A DNA stretch of 57,117 nucleotides, taken from IMG/VR virus record IMGVR_UViG_3300030381_000056; one strand, written 5' to 3'. This document shows positions 9,098 through 17,215 of the stretch, one piece after another. The stretch's first letter is position 1. Every line of letters starts with the position of its first letter. The position numbers were made by a program, and so were the translations under genes. Under the pieces are notes generated by a model. It did not search any database. It had not been told where the DNA came from and saw nothing but the letters and a program-made list of their open reading frames with translations. Source of the DNA: a virus.

Positions 9098-10531
9098 CTA
9101 GGAAACTGTCTTATTTTGCATTTGTTTTACAATTTCCTGTGCTTTCGCTAACTGCTCTTCCATATTGATAATGTCAGCAGTTTTCCAAAGAGCATCAAGG
9201 TAAGGTTTTGAAAGGTTGAAAGTCTTTTCGCAATCTCCCCAAAGTCCAACCGTTTTAATTGCAATAAGAGGATGAATACCGCACTGCAAAAGCTGCAGCA
9301 ATGTCTGTGACTTGGTATACATATTATCTTGTGGACTGTGGTTGATCTGCACATCAAAATCTCTAAGAGTGATTTTCAGATTCTCTTTCTTAATGCGGAT
9401 AACATTCAGCGCAACCTTGGCCAGTCTCTTCTCTGCTGTCTTAACAACCGGATCTTTAAGCCTTGCTCTTGATTTTGAGAAATCCCATCCGTTCCTCAGC
9501 TCGACCGCACCCTGCGTATCACCGCCAGTGTTTCCTTGTTTGTTTGGTATTCCCAAAATTGAAAGTGCGCTGTCTGTTAAATCGTCTTTGGATACCTGTG
9601 TCTGCGTTTGGTCAAGTTCTTGCGACATTACATCAACATCAGACTTGTTATCCTTGTTAATGGACTTTACAACCAATGCATGGTTCATTTTCATTTTTTT
9701 GAACTGTTCTTCATCAACTTCACAGTTTACAAATTTGTACCATGCCTGTATAAACTGCTCTATGCCGTCCATTCTATTAGACTGCGTATTATTTATTGCA
9801 TCCAGCAGGTCTATAACAAGTTCAATATCAGATAAGCGTTCATGGTTGTTTGGAAATTCCACAATAGGAATGCCACCAAAACCATGTAACTTCCATGAAT
9901 CAGCAATAACGGAACTTTTTTTTATTTTGCATTCATGCGTTTCTGTATAGCAAAGTTTATACCATTCTCCGTTTTCATCCTTTAATTCTTGGACTGCTAA
10001 AATCGGTTCTTCGGAACTACGGTTGTAAATGACAAATGTATTTAGTGGATTAGGTGCAACTACACGGATAGGCACATCTCCATTCACAATCTGAATAGCT
10101 TTGAATGATGTTCCGGTTGCCGACTGCCACTCACCAGCTTTTATGTCTTTCTCATGCTTATTTGCATCTGCTAAGTAATCATTCAGTTCATCTACTGCCT
10201 TATTTACAGCTTTATCATCTTTTCTGCTGACAAACTGAATAGGCTCTCCGTAAGTCTGACCGACCTTGAACTGTACCCACTCATAAGCATGATTCTCAAC
10301 GATTTTGTTTGTTATATCCTCATTTGACAGCTTTGTTCTGTACAGTACCGGCTGATCTCCTTTGTAGTACTCCCACAAGTACTTGATAACTGACTTATTG
10401 TAATTAAAAACACCGATGCAATCACCAATAACCTTTACAATGTTGTCTTCGGTTATCTGCTCCACATCCGTATATGCAATTTTTCTACCGTGACAACCTT
10501 TTACAAGGTCTTGAAATTTCATAGTGTTCAT
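9098..10531 (-). CDS. Portal protein (SPP1 gp6-like)
   Basis: 477 aa; WEYYKGDQPVLYR region; size and position upstream of the scaffold gene. Confidence 0.8.
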   Translation of the reverse strand: MNTMKFQDLVKGCHGRKIAYTDVEQITEDNIVKVIGDCIGVFNYNKSVIKYLWEYYKGDQPVLYRTKLSNEDITNKIVENHAYEWVQFKVGQTYGEPIQFVSRKDDKAVNKAVDELNDYLADANKHEKDIKAGEWQSATGTSFKAIQIVNGDVPIRVVAPNPLNTFVIYNRSSEEPILAVQELKDENGEWYKLCYTETHECKIKKSSVIADSWKLHGFGGIPIVEFPNNHERLSDIELVIDLLDAINNTQSNRMDGIEQFIQAWYKFVNCEVDEEQFKKMKMNHALVVKSINKDNKSDVDVMSQELDQTQTQVSKDDLTDSALSILGIPNKQGNTGGDTQGAVELRNGWDFSKSRARLKDPVVKTAEKRLAKVALNVIRIKKENLKITLRDFDVQINHSPQDNMYTKSQTLLQLLQCGIHPLIAIKTVGLWGDCEKTFNLSKPYLDALWKTADIINMEEQLAKAQEIVKQMQNKTVS

Positions 10532-10539
10532 ATTTTCAC

Positions 10540-10740
10540 CTACATAAATGTCATTCCGCTGCTCTGATCTCTTTTGGGAAGTTTCTTGATCTCACGTTCT
10601 CCGGTCTCCGTATGATAAACAACCATCTTATCGCAATTCCGGCACTTATATGTCTTGTCGATATGTGATTTTGCACTACATTCACCGACCAACCGTCCGC
10701 ATCCAGGACAGTACACTCTAATTTTTTTGTTAAAAATCAT
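10540..10740 (-). CDS. Zinc-ribbon protein (66 aa)
   Basis: CPGCG...CRNC pairs; AGAGG RBS before ATG 10740. Confidence 0.5.
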   Translation of the reverse strand: MIFNKKIRVYCPGCGRLVGECSAKSHIDKTYKCRNCDKMVVYHTETGEREIKKLPKRDQSSGMTFM

Positions 10741-10760
10741 AAATACCTCTTTTCTGCGCA

Positions 10761-10792
10761 CAAAAATACCGCCCTTTCTGATAAGAGCGGTA
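10761..10792 (-). terminator. Rho-independent terminator after the DUF3307-like gene
   Basis: Minus strand TACCGCTCTTATCAGAAAGGGCGGTA (about 10 bp stem) followed by TTTTTG. Confidence 0.6.
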
Positions 10793-10897
10793 CTTCTGTA
10801 GTCTTCACATGATCTGAGGATGAAATGAAAAATATCTTGGAATCTTTCTGCATCTTAATAGTATCACGGAAAAATCGGACATATCGGACAAGTTTGT

Positions 10898-11188
10898 TCA
10901 GATTAAATATAATAATCCAACCAAATAATGTAAAACTTGGTCTTGTGCATACGTAATTTTATTCCATCTCGCTTTTAATGGATCAATAATCAAATGTGTT
11001 GCAAAAACTATCGGCAACTGCCATGTCCATCCAAAAACAATTAGAAAAGGAAGGCAGTATAATGCACAGTGCACAAATAAATGATACCAATTTTTCCCTT
11101 TCGTTGATGCAATAAAGTCACATTGTAATACATAATCTCCCACTAAATGGCACAGCACAATTAACACTATTTCTTTAATAATTTGCAT
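10898..11188 (-). CDS. DUF3307-like polytopic membrane protein (moron)
   Basis: HLVGDYVLQ motif plus a histidine-containing second half (THLIIDPLK); hydrophobic throughout. Confidence 0.55.
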   Translation of the reverse strand: MQIIKEIVLIVLCHLVGDYVLQCDFIASTKGKNWYHLFVHCALYCLPFLIVFGWTWQLPIVFATHLIIDPLKARWNKITYAQDQVLHYLVGLLYLI

Positions 11189-11209
11189 TGTTTATACTTC
11201 CGTATTGTT

Positions 11210-11650
11210 TTAATTTGCCATGTAACGATCGAATGCTTTTCTTACGCTATCCTCTGTGTTTCCACCACCGATTCTATCAGCAACCTTGTTCCATGATAAT
11301 TTTTCAATAAAACGTAAATTGATGATCCGTCTTATACGGCTGTCCTGAACGCTTGCAATAAATTCTTCGACTTCATTATTTTTTTGCAGTAAATCGTCCT
11401 CTAAAAGCTGTAAAGTAGCCTTCCTGGAATAAAGCAGTGTCCGTTTTCTGCTGTACTCCGGATAAGGGAATCCTTCAATACGAAAATGTTCAGTGCCGCC
11501 GCATCCACCTGATACGCTGTCAACAACATTCCCATCCGATTCAATTTTTCTGATATCCGATTCAAGTTTTTTAATCTTCTGCTGTACTTCTTTGATTTCT
11601 TCCTGTAAATCTATGTATTGAGACAAAACATCTTTATTCACCATAATCAA
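11210..11650 (-). CDS. Sigma-70 region-4-like HTH protein with N-terminal coiled coil (RinA/DUF1492-like late regulator?)
   Basis: C-terminus DSRIRRIINLRFIEKLSWNKVADRIG..NTEDSVRKAFDRY resembles sigma region 4. Confidence 0.45.
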   Translation of the reverse strand: MIMVNKDVLSQYIDLQEEIKEVQQKIKKLESDIRKIESDGNVVDSVSGGCGGTEHFRIEGFPYPEYSRKRTLLYSRKATLQLLEDDLLQKNNEVEEFIASVQDSRIRRIINLRFIEKLSWNKVADRIGGGNTEDSVRKAFDRYMAN

Positions 11651-13401
11651 TACCTCCGTCCGAAAGAGAATGGGTTTTGAATTGCTTCTACTTTTGCTAC
11701 CCTGTTTCCGTTTGTAATTCGCAATGCAAAGTTTGAAAATACATCAGGTACATCATCTAACTGTTTTTTTCCTGAAACAGAATACCTTTTCAGTAACGAC
11801 ATCATTACTCCGTATGGCTCATTCGGTTTGTAACGTGACGGATCCTTGAAAATAACGTGTTGCAATATCCAGTTAGAACACTGGAAAATTCTTGCTTCTT
11901 TGTTTGTCTCAGTCGGTGTGTCTGTGATGTTGCATATCCATCCTTTACTCTCTACACGCTTATTTACTTCCATTGCCACACGGTCACCACCGGCATTACG
12001 TTCAAATTCGCACTCTTGCACTTTATTATTAACAAGTACATTTGCCGCATTTTCATACTGCATTTCATAATCTGCTGTATTGTCGCACACGCAATCAACG
12101 CAGTAATAATCTTCTCCGTACTTTTGTAATACCGGAAGAACAAAAAAGTCTGTTCCTTTTCCCTTGGTATCGCATTGCCCAGTAACGATTTCCGGCTCGC
12201 CATGAGGAAGATTAAGATAACGTCTGATTTTTTCTTCCGGGAATAACAATCCCTCACGTTCAATAGGCTCTTGCTTATAAAGACACCTATAAGAGATTTC
12301 ATCCATGAGCAATTGTTGATCTTCAAAAAAAGCAACCGTAAATCCGGAAAATTCGTAGTCAAAATTGCTTAATCCTGTTTTGGGGTCAATATCCGGCACT
12401 GCAATTACTTTTACTCTCGGATTCCCTTCATACATATTTTGGATCCGACCGATTACATCATTTACGCTCCACCTGGTTGCAATATGGATCTCTTTGCAAT
12501 TCTTTCCGTCAGTATCTTGTGTCTTTCTTTGCCTTGCATCTACCGCATACTTGTCCCACAGTTTATCCAAAATTATAGGATTCATAGCTTCTTCGATGCC
12601 ACCGATCATGTCATCTACGAACAAAAACTTAGATGCACGTACTTTACCAGCATTTTTACTTCCTACGGATGTGCACTGAACTGATGGAAATGGTTTATAT
12701 TTTCCGATGTTAAACTGTTCCATTTTTGCGTTAGTACTGGTAACAGAAAGATTTGGGAAGATTTCATTCCAAGTGTACTCGTCAGAATTTGTGCAAATAT
12801 CGTACACACCGTCATAGTACATACGTGTAATATCTCCACTGTGGGAGTAAAAAAGGTTGAAATCTCTCGGAAACCATCCTGCTACCAATGCATTCAGCAT
12901 TTTTTCAACCGTAGTTTTTCCGGCACCAGGGATAAGTGACACGCAGAGAATGTCGTATTTATCATCAATCATTCCTTGAATGGCATTCATTAGACCGATT
13001 TTAAGAAATTGCTTTCTACGTGGCATGTAGAACCGCTCTCTAGGTTCTCTTTTCTTTTCCAAGTATCGGTATGCACTGTCCACAACCTTATTTTGTGCTT
13101 CTAGTAAAAGAACATCGTATAATTTATCTGTCAGAGAATAGTGCGTCTTGTTTGCAAAGGAATACTTTTCCAAATCCCATATGGTTCCTCCGGTTCTTTC
13201 CATACAGAAACGCTCTACAATGCCTTTAGAACGGTTTGTTATCTGTAAGCCATAAGTTATATCCTTTTCACCGTTAATTGCCACTCTACAGGCTTCTATG
13301 TACGCATCAATGACCTGTTCATCAATCCCATGTTGCTCTATGTACTTGTCGTAACTGTTTACTGCCGATATAAGGCTCTGACTTGCCAAAAGAAAAAGCA
13401 C
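11647..13401 (-). CDS. terL: Terminase large subunit
   Basis: Walker A LIPGAGKTT, Walker B FLFVDDMIG, ATRW coupling motif, acidic nuclease half; 584 aa. Start codon is non-ATG (GTG/TTG) and uncertain. Confidence 0.85.
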   Translation of the reverse strand: MLFLLASQSLISAVNSYDKYIEQHGIDEQVIDAYIEACRVAINGEKDITYGLQITNRSKGIVERFCMERTGGTIWDLEKYSFANKTHYSLTDKLYDVLLLEAQNKVVDSAYRYLEKKREPRERFYMPRRKQFLKIGLMNAIQGMIDDKYDILCVSLIPGAGKTTVEKMLNALVAGWFPRDFNLFYSHSGDITRMYYDGVYDICTNSDEYTWNEIFPNLSVTSTNAKMEQFNIGKYKPFPSVQCTSVGSKNAGKVRASKFLFVDDMIGGIEEAMNPIILDKLWDKYAVDARQRKTQDTDGKNCKEIHIATRWSVNDVIGRIQNMYEGNPRVKVIAVPDIDPKTGLSNFDYEFSGFTVAFFEDQQLLMDEISYRCLYKQEPIEREGLLFPEEKIRRYLNLPHGEPEIVTGQCDTKGKGTDFFVLPVLQKYGEDYYCVDCVCDNTADYEMQYENAANVLVNNKVQECEFERNAGGDRVAMEVNKRVESKGWICNITDTPTETNKEARIFQCSNWILQHVIFKDPSRYKPNEPYGVMMSLLKRYSVSGKKQLDDVPDVFSNFALRITNGNRVAKVEAIQNPFSFGRRY

Positions 13402-13488
13402 CTCCGCTTGTGGCAGAAGTGCCTTATAGGATTCTGCCTATAATTTTTCTAGGTTAGCGACTAACTCCGTTTGTTAGCCGGTGATTTA

Positions 13489-13716
13489 TTAACAATTTAT
13501 CTTAATTCCCTCTGTAAGAATTGATGTGCCGTCTTCTGAAATCATCAGTTTTCCGTATTCATCAACCTTGTGCCATGTGGCTTCTGCAACTATCGTCGGT
13601 TCACATCCTACATGACCACTAAACCGTAAATCAATGTCTGTACAGAGGACTTTCTTACCGTCAATCCATACTTCTGCCATGTTTCCATCAGAGATAATTT
13701 TAATTTTCTCTTTCAT
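13489..13716 (-). CDS. Hypothetical protein (75 aa)
   Basis: MKEKIKIISDG...; GGTGGAG RBS; TAATG coupling with the upstream ORF. Confidence 0.5.
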   Translation of the reverse strand: MKEKIKIISDGNMAEVWIDGKKVLCTDIDLRFSGHVGCEPTIVAEATWHKVDEYGKLMISEDGTSILTEGIKINC

Positions 13717-13934
13717 TACTCCACCAACTTTCTGCCGCACATAGGGCAAAACTCAATATTGAAATATCCCATAGCCGCTGTATGTGCAAAAATAACAATG
13801 GCGGGTTTATCGTATCCAGTATTTTTCAGAATCATTGCATATGTCAAATTTGTTTCATTCGCACATTTATGAATTTTTATGTCATCTCCGAAAATTGTAT
13901 TTTCGTCGTACCAGTTTTCACAAAATTTACACAT
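13716..13934 (-). CDS. Cys-rich (zinc-ribbon-like) hypothetical protein
   Basis: CKFC...CPMCG; co-oriented and overlaps its neighbours. Confidence 0.5.
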   Translation of the reverse strand: MCKFCENWYDENTIFGDDIKIHKCANETNLTYAMILKNTGYDKPAIVIFAHTAAMGYFNIEFCPMCGRKLVE

Positions 13935-14112
13935 GCTTATTTTTCAACTTTTCTATTAACCGTTCACATTTATCAAGATTTTCGCAAGTAATGTTGTTTA
14001 AGCATCTTTCGGTTTTGTCAGATACTGTTGTTATATTCACTTGTATCAGTTTCGGTTCAAAATCTTTACAATACTGACAACAATCTTGAAGAATAAAGTG
14101 AAATCCATTCAT
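13927..14112 (-). CDS. Cys-rich hypothetical protein (61 aa)
   Basis: MNGFHFILQDCCQYCKD..; GGAGG RBS 9 nt before ATG 14112. The longer ORF-track version (to 14256) runs through a tRNA. Confidence 0.5.
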   Translation of the reverse strand: MNGFHFILQDCCQYCKDFEPKLIQVNITTVSDKTERCLNNITCENLDKCERLIEKLKNKHV

Positions 14113-14129
14113 GAAAAATTCCTCCGTAA

Positions 14130-14202
14130 CCCATGCAGACGGAATCGAACCGCAGACACACATCCTATGCGGATGCCGCTCTTCCACTGAAGCTATGCAT
14201 GG
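14130..14202 (-). tRNA. tRNA with CAU anticodon (Met or Ile2-type), non-canonical (G33, one T-stem mismatch)
   Basis: Hand-folded: CCATGCA/TGCATGG acceptor, D arm GCTT-CAGTGGAA-GAGC, anticodon arm GCATC-CGCATAG-GATGT, T loop TTCGATT. Confidence 0.5.
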
Positions 14203-14361
14203 AAATTGCACCGTAAAACCTTTTATGGCTTGCGCTTGCCATAACCAAATGTGCACCGCCTACTTGTCACTGACTATCCACAATCTCACAGTCTTGTCTG
14301 TTCTCTATTTCATAGGCTTGGTTTTCGCTAAACGTATGTGGCTTACGTTTTAGCCAGGGAA

Positions 14362-14469
14362 TAGTTGCCGTGGGAGTTGAACCCACCCGGCCCAAACAAG
14401 GTACGACTACTTTTGAATCTGCAAATTCTACTCGCAGAAGTGTTTTTCGTTGACCGATAATGAGCAACT
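14362..14469 (-). ncRNA. Oversized (108 nt) tRNA-like element
   Basis: Canonical T arm GTGGG-TTCAACT-CCCAC and 7-bp acceptor AGTTGCT/GGCAACT, but about 35 nt too long and with no standard anticodon arm. Confidence 0.4.
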
Positions 14470-14538
14470 ACTATCCATACATCTCCCATCGACCTGAACT
14501 ATTGCAGTAGTGCCAGACTAAGTGGAGATAAGGATAAA

Positions 14539-14606
14539 CACGCCCGGAAAGCATCGAACTTTCGTTAGAGGTTTTGGAGACCACATTCTGACCAACAGAC
14601 AGACGT
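14539..14606 (-). tRNA. tRNA-Trp (CCA), short D arm
   Basis: Anticodon loop CTCCAAA within GGTCTCCAAAACC; T arm GAAAG-TTCGATG-CTTTC; acceptor ACGTCTG/CGGGCGT with 2 G-U pairs. Confidence 0.6.
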
Positions 14607-14758
14607 ATATAAAGTTTTCACGATTTTTTGAAACTTGAAACGGTCAAACTTTTTCATTGCTTTCCAAAACAAGAGGAATTGTCGCCACCTCAACAAAGCT
14701 ACTTTCTAGAATTTTCGCTTCTCAATAGCAACCACTGGTCGCATCCTTCAGCAACGCA

Positions 14759-14842
14759 CGCCATGTTAGGGATTTGAACCCCAGAGACTTTTACATCCTG
14801 ACTGTTTTCAAGACAGCACCCTCGACCAACCGGACACATGGC
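14759..14842 (-). tRNA. tRNA-Ser (UGA), type II
   Basis: GCCATGT/ACATGGC acceptor, anticodon arm GCTGT-CTTGAAA-ACAGT, 17-nt variable arm, T loop TTCAAAT. Confidence 0.8.
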
Positions 14843-14936
14843 AAATATAACATGGTTAATTGCTAAAACAGGTATCTCAACTCACAATTATGCATATCCC
14901 CCTGCGAACAATGATATGCGTTCCCACTCGTATAAA

Positions 14937-15019
14937 CGCAGATACAAGGACTTGAACCTTGACAGCATTTCTGCTGGATAGCTTAGCAAGCTACTGTGAT
15001 ACCATTACACCATATCTGC
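14937..15019 (-). tRNA. tRNA-Ser (GCU), type II
   Basis: GCAGATA/TATCTGC acceptor, anticodon arm GTAGC-TTGCTAA-GCTAT, 16-nt variable arm, T arm CAAGG-TTCAAGT-CCTTG. Confidence 0.8.
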
Positions 15020-15176
15020 AAGGGGAGGTTTTTTACTTGGTTTTCCTCTGCCCAAGGATCTTTTAGTCAGCCGCAAGCGGCTCTATCAAGTTCCCATGAG
15101 ATAAACATTAACCGGTGTATTTATCCCCTATGCTTCTGTAATAAGCATACTCGGAGTGTACTTGCAACAACACCTA

Positions 15177-15250
15177 TTGTGACGAAGGGACTCGAACCCA
15201 TACCCCACAGCTTAGAAGACTGTTGCTCTCTCCATTTGCGCTACGTCACA
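15177..15250 (-). tRNA. tRNA-Arg (UCU)
   Basis: TGTGACG/CGTCACA acceptor, anticodon arm ACAGT-CTTCTAA-GCTGT, T loop TTCGAGT. Confidence 0.75.
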
Positions 15251-15725
15251 ATGTGCAATTCCTCAAGCTGTCTGCCGACATTTAAGGTTCGGACACCAAA
15301 CAACACTTACGGCATTTTTTTAATTCAAGTGGGATTCTACCACCAACACTCTATCCGGTAGCGAACCGGAAACATATGTGGGTAAGGATTTGCACCTCAC
15401 ATAGCTTGTATTCCTGTGAACGTCTGCCAGCGTATTACCGCCCGACCATTATCAAGCCTTACACATTAACAATACCTATTCTGTCACCACATACACCCAT
15501 CTTATGTCTGCAAGGGTAGTGCAGGATTTTTATGTCTTTACTGACAACCCACGGATTAAAACCTACAACGGTATTCCGCAAAAACCGGGCTATCATAAAC
15601 CGGTTAAACCCTCACGAGCCTTGCGACGGCTCTTAACAGCATTCCGCTATGAGGTGAAAGGAGTATTCCATGTAGATGGAATATTCGCAGATGGCAAAGA
15701 CCGAAAGAAGAAAACATCTGCGAAA

Positions 15726-15797
15726 CAGGACTACCAGGATTCGGACCTGGGAATGCAGCAGTCAAAGTGCTGTGCCTTACCGCTTGGCGATAGTCCT
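15726..15797 (-). tRNA. tRNA-Gln (UUG)
   Basis: AGGACTA/TAGTCCT acceptor, TCGCCAAGCGGTAAGGCA D region, anticodon arm CAGCA-CTTTGAC-TGCTG, T arm CCAGG-TCCGAAT-CCTGG. Confidence 0.8.
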
Positions 15798-15868
15798 AAA
15801 CTCCGGGAGAGAGACCATCTGCTCCCGGATTATTATCGTGAAACACCCTATATTGCTTTATATAAAAA

Positions 15869-15898
15869 ATTTTTACGCCTGTGCACGGTACTTTGCAA
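15869..15898 (-). promoter_or_regulatory. Sigma-A-type promoter upstream of the tRNA array
   Basis: Minus strand TTGCAA - 17 nt - TAAAAT, about 70 nt upstream of tRNA-Gln. Confidence 0.5.
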
Positions 15899-16099
15899 AA
15901 CTTGGTGTTGTCGAACGCATATTTCCATTTTTCGTTTCCCACACACAGGCTACATACACTCTTGATGCCTTGATTTCTCTGCCACATATCCAATGCCAAC
16001 ACAACACCGGATATTCGGCAATAACAATGGCTTTATGAATTTAACCCATTCAACATTGTGATATGGGATAATTCGCATAATCTCCGGTAACCACATAGG

Positions 16100-16252
16100 C
16101 TATACCCACATAAAAGTTATTCCAAACGCAAGGAACATTGCAAGTGCGAAGAACGTTACTCCTTCTGATGCTGTTTTTTGTTTAGGAGCATACCAAGCAC
16201 CGGATATTGCTAAAACTGTCAATACCAACGTTGTCATTATTTTTAAAATCAT
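16100..16252 (-). CDS. Small two-TM membrane protein (50 aa)
   Basis: MILKIMTTLVLTVLAISGAWYAPKQKTASEGVTFFALAMFLAFGITFMWV; ATGA overlap with the upstream ORF stop. Confidence 0.5.
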   Translation of the reverse strand: MILKIMTTLVLTVLAISGAWYAPKQKTASEGVTFFALAMFLAFGITFMWV

Positions 16253-16662
16253 GTATCCAAGCATTTTTTCTTTGTCCTTCCTTCAATTTCATCAATCATT
16301 GCCATTACCAGTGCTTTAGCAAACTGGCTATTGTTGTGCATTTTAATCAGCAGATTGCCTTGCCGGATAAGATACGACCAGTCATCATCCTTTTTCGGAT
16401 TAGCGCACTCTTTATGGATTTTCCAAACTTCTGTGTAAATCTCTTTAATCTCCGGCGGCAATTCACATTTCTCCTTAACTGGCAAATCTTCTTTAGGCTC
16501 TTTATCAAGTCTGCTCTTTTGGTGCTTCATCTGACAGCTAACCATTTCCGTAACGTTCTCACGGTCTCTCTTAATCCCATGACCTTGCAGAAACAATTCG
16601 CATTGCAGGACTTCACCGCATTTTGAACATTCGTCTTTAATCTCTTTTCCGTAGATTTGCAT
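16249..16662 (-). CDS. Hypothetical protein (137 aa)
   Basis: Co-oriented ORF with coupled neighbours; no motif recognised. Confidence 0.55.
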   Translation of the reverse strand: MQIYGKEIKDECSKCGEVLQCELFLQGHGIKRDRENVTEMVSCQMKHQKSRLDKEPKEDLPVKEKCELPPEIKEIYTEVWKIHKECANPKKDDDWSYLIRQGNLLIKMHNNSQFAKALVMAMIDEIEGRTKKKCLDT

Positions 16663-16673
16663 ACGCTATAACC

Positions 16674-16781
16674 TCAATCCTTAGTTCCACATATCCCCAG
16701 GAGGATCAATAGCAAATACATCCACCAAGGAGCCTGCAATGTATATAAAATCCAAAATAGCATAACGAGTAAAAAAATCAT
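16674..16781 (-). CDS. Small hydrophobic peptide (35 aa)
   Basis: MIFLLVMLFWILYTLQAPWWMYLLLILLGICGTKD; AGGAGG RBS. Confidence 0.45.
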   Translation of the reverse strand: MIFLLVMLFWILYTLQAPWWMYLLLILLGICGTKD

Positions 16782-16794
16782 GCGTTTCCTCCTG

Positions 16795-17028
16795 TTAATC
16801 GTATTTTCCATCTGTGATTTCTACCGGGCAGCTATTTACATTCAGTATTGCTACCACTGTGCCCGTATTGAGACTTACTCTCCCAATAACCGGATTTTTT
16901 AAGTAGCTGACAGCTTTTACATACACATAGGTGTTAGTGGTCTTACTGCCAACTACACGATATCCATATCTTTTAAAATATCTTCTAGCCTTTGTAATAG
17001 CCTTATCTTTTTGAATGAATGGTATCAC
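16795..17028 (-). CDS. Hypothetical protein (77 aa), GTG start
   Basis: AAGGAG RBS before GTG 17028; basic protein. Confidence 0.45.
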   Translation of the reverse strand: MIPFIQKDKAITKARRYFKRYGYRVVGSKTTNTYVYVKAVSYLKNPVIGRVSLNTGTVVAILNVNSCPVEITDGKYD

Positions 17029-17215
17029 GGCTATTCTCCTTAATTGGTCTTTTTTATTTTTGAGGAAATTTGAGGGACTAAGTAGGGGCTGTTCGTTGAT
17101 CCTGTCAGACCCCCTCCCCTGTCTGTTTTAACTATGCGTTAAACTAATCTTTCACGCAGTCTTTATTGACACGTCCTTAACTATCCCATATTTCCGTGTG
17201 TTTCCGCTGTTGTTG

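Noticed and set aside
13927-14256. The long version of the ORF (109 aa)
   Set aside because: Its N-terminal 48 codons overlap the CAU tRNA. A GGAGG RBS precedes the internal ATG at 14112.
15377-15494. 117-nt tRNA-like candidate (ATGTGGT ... TGAGG-TGCAAAT-CCTTA-CCCACAT)
   Set aside because: The T loop lacks the TTC consensus, the acceptor has a mismatch, no D or anticodon arms could be drawn, and the length is far outside the tRNA range.
14203-15725. tmRNA or group I intron within the RNA region
   Set aside because: There is no tag-reading-frame/resume-codon context, no GGGG...CCACCA tRNA-like ends at a suitable 260-400 nt spacing, and no recognisable P3-P8 intron core by eye.
15504-16038. 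Plus-strand ORFs 15504..15965 and 15676..16038, and minus-strand ORF 15796..16002
   Set aside because: They run across tRNA-Gln and the array promoter, have no RBS, and lie in a region otherwise occupied by RNA genes.
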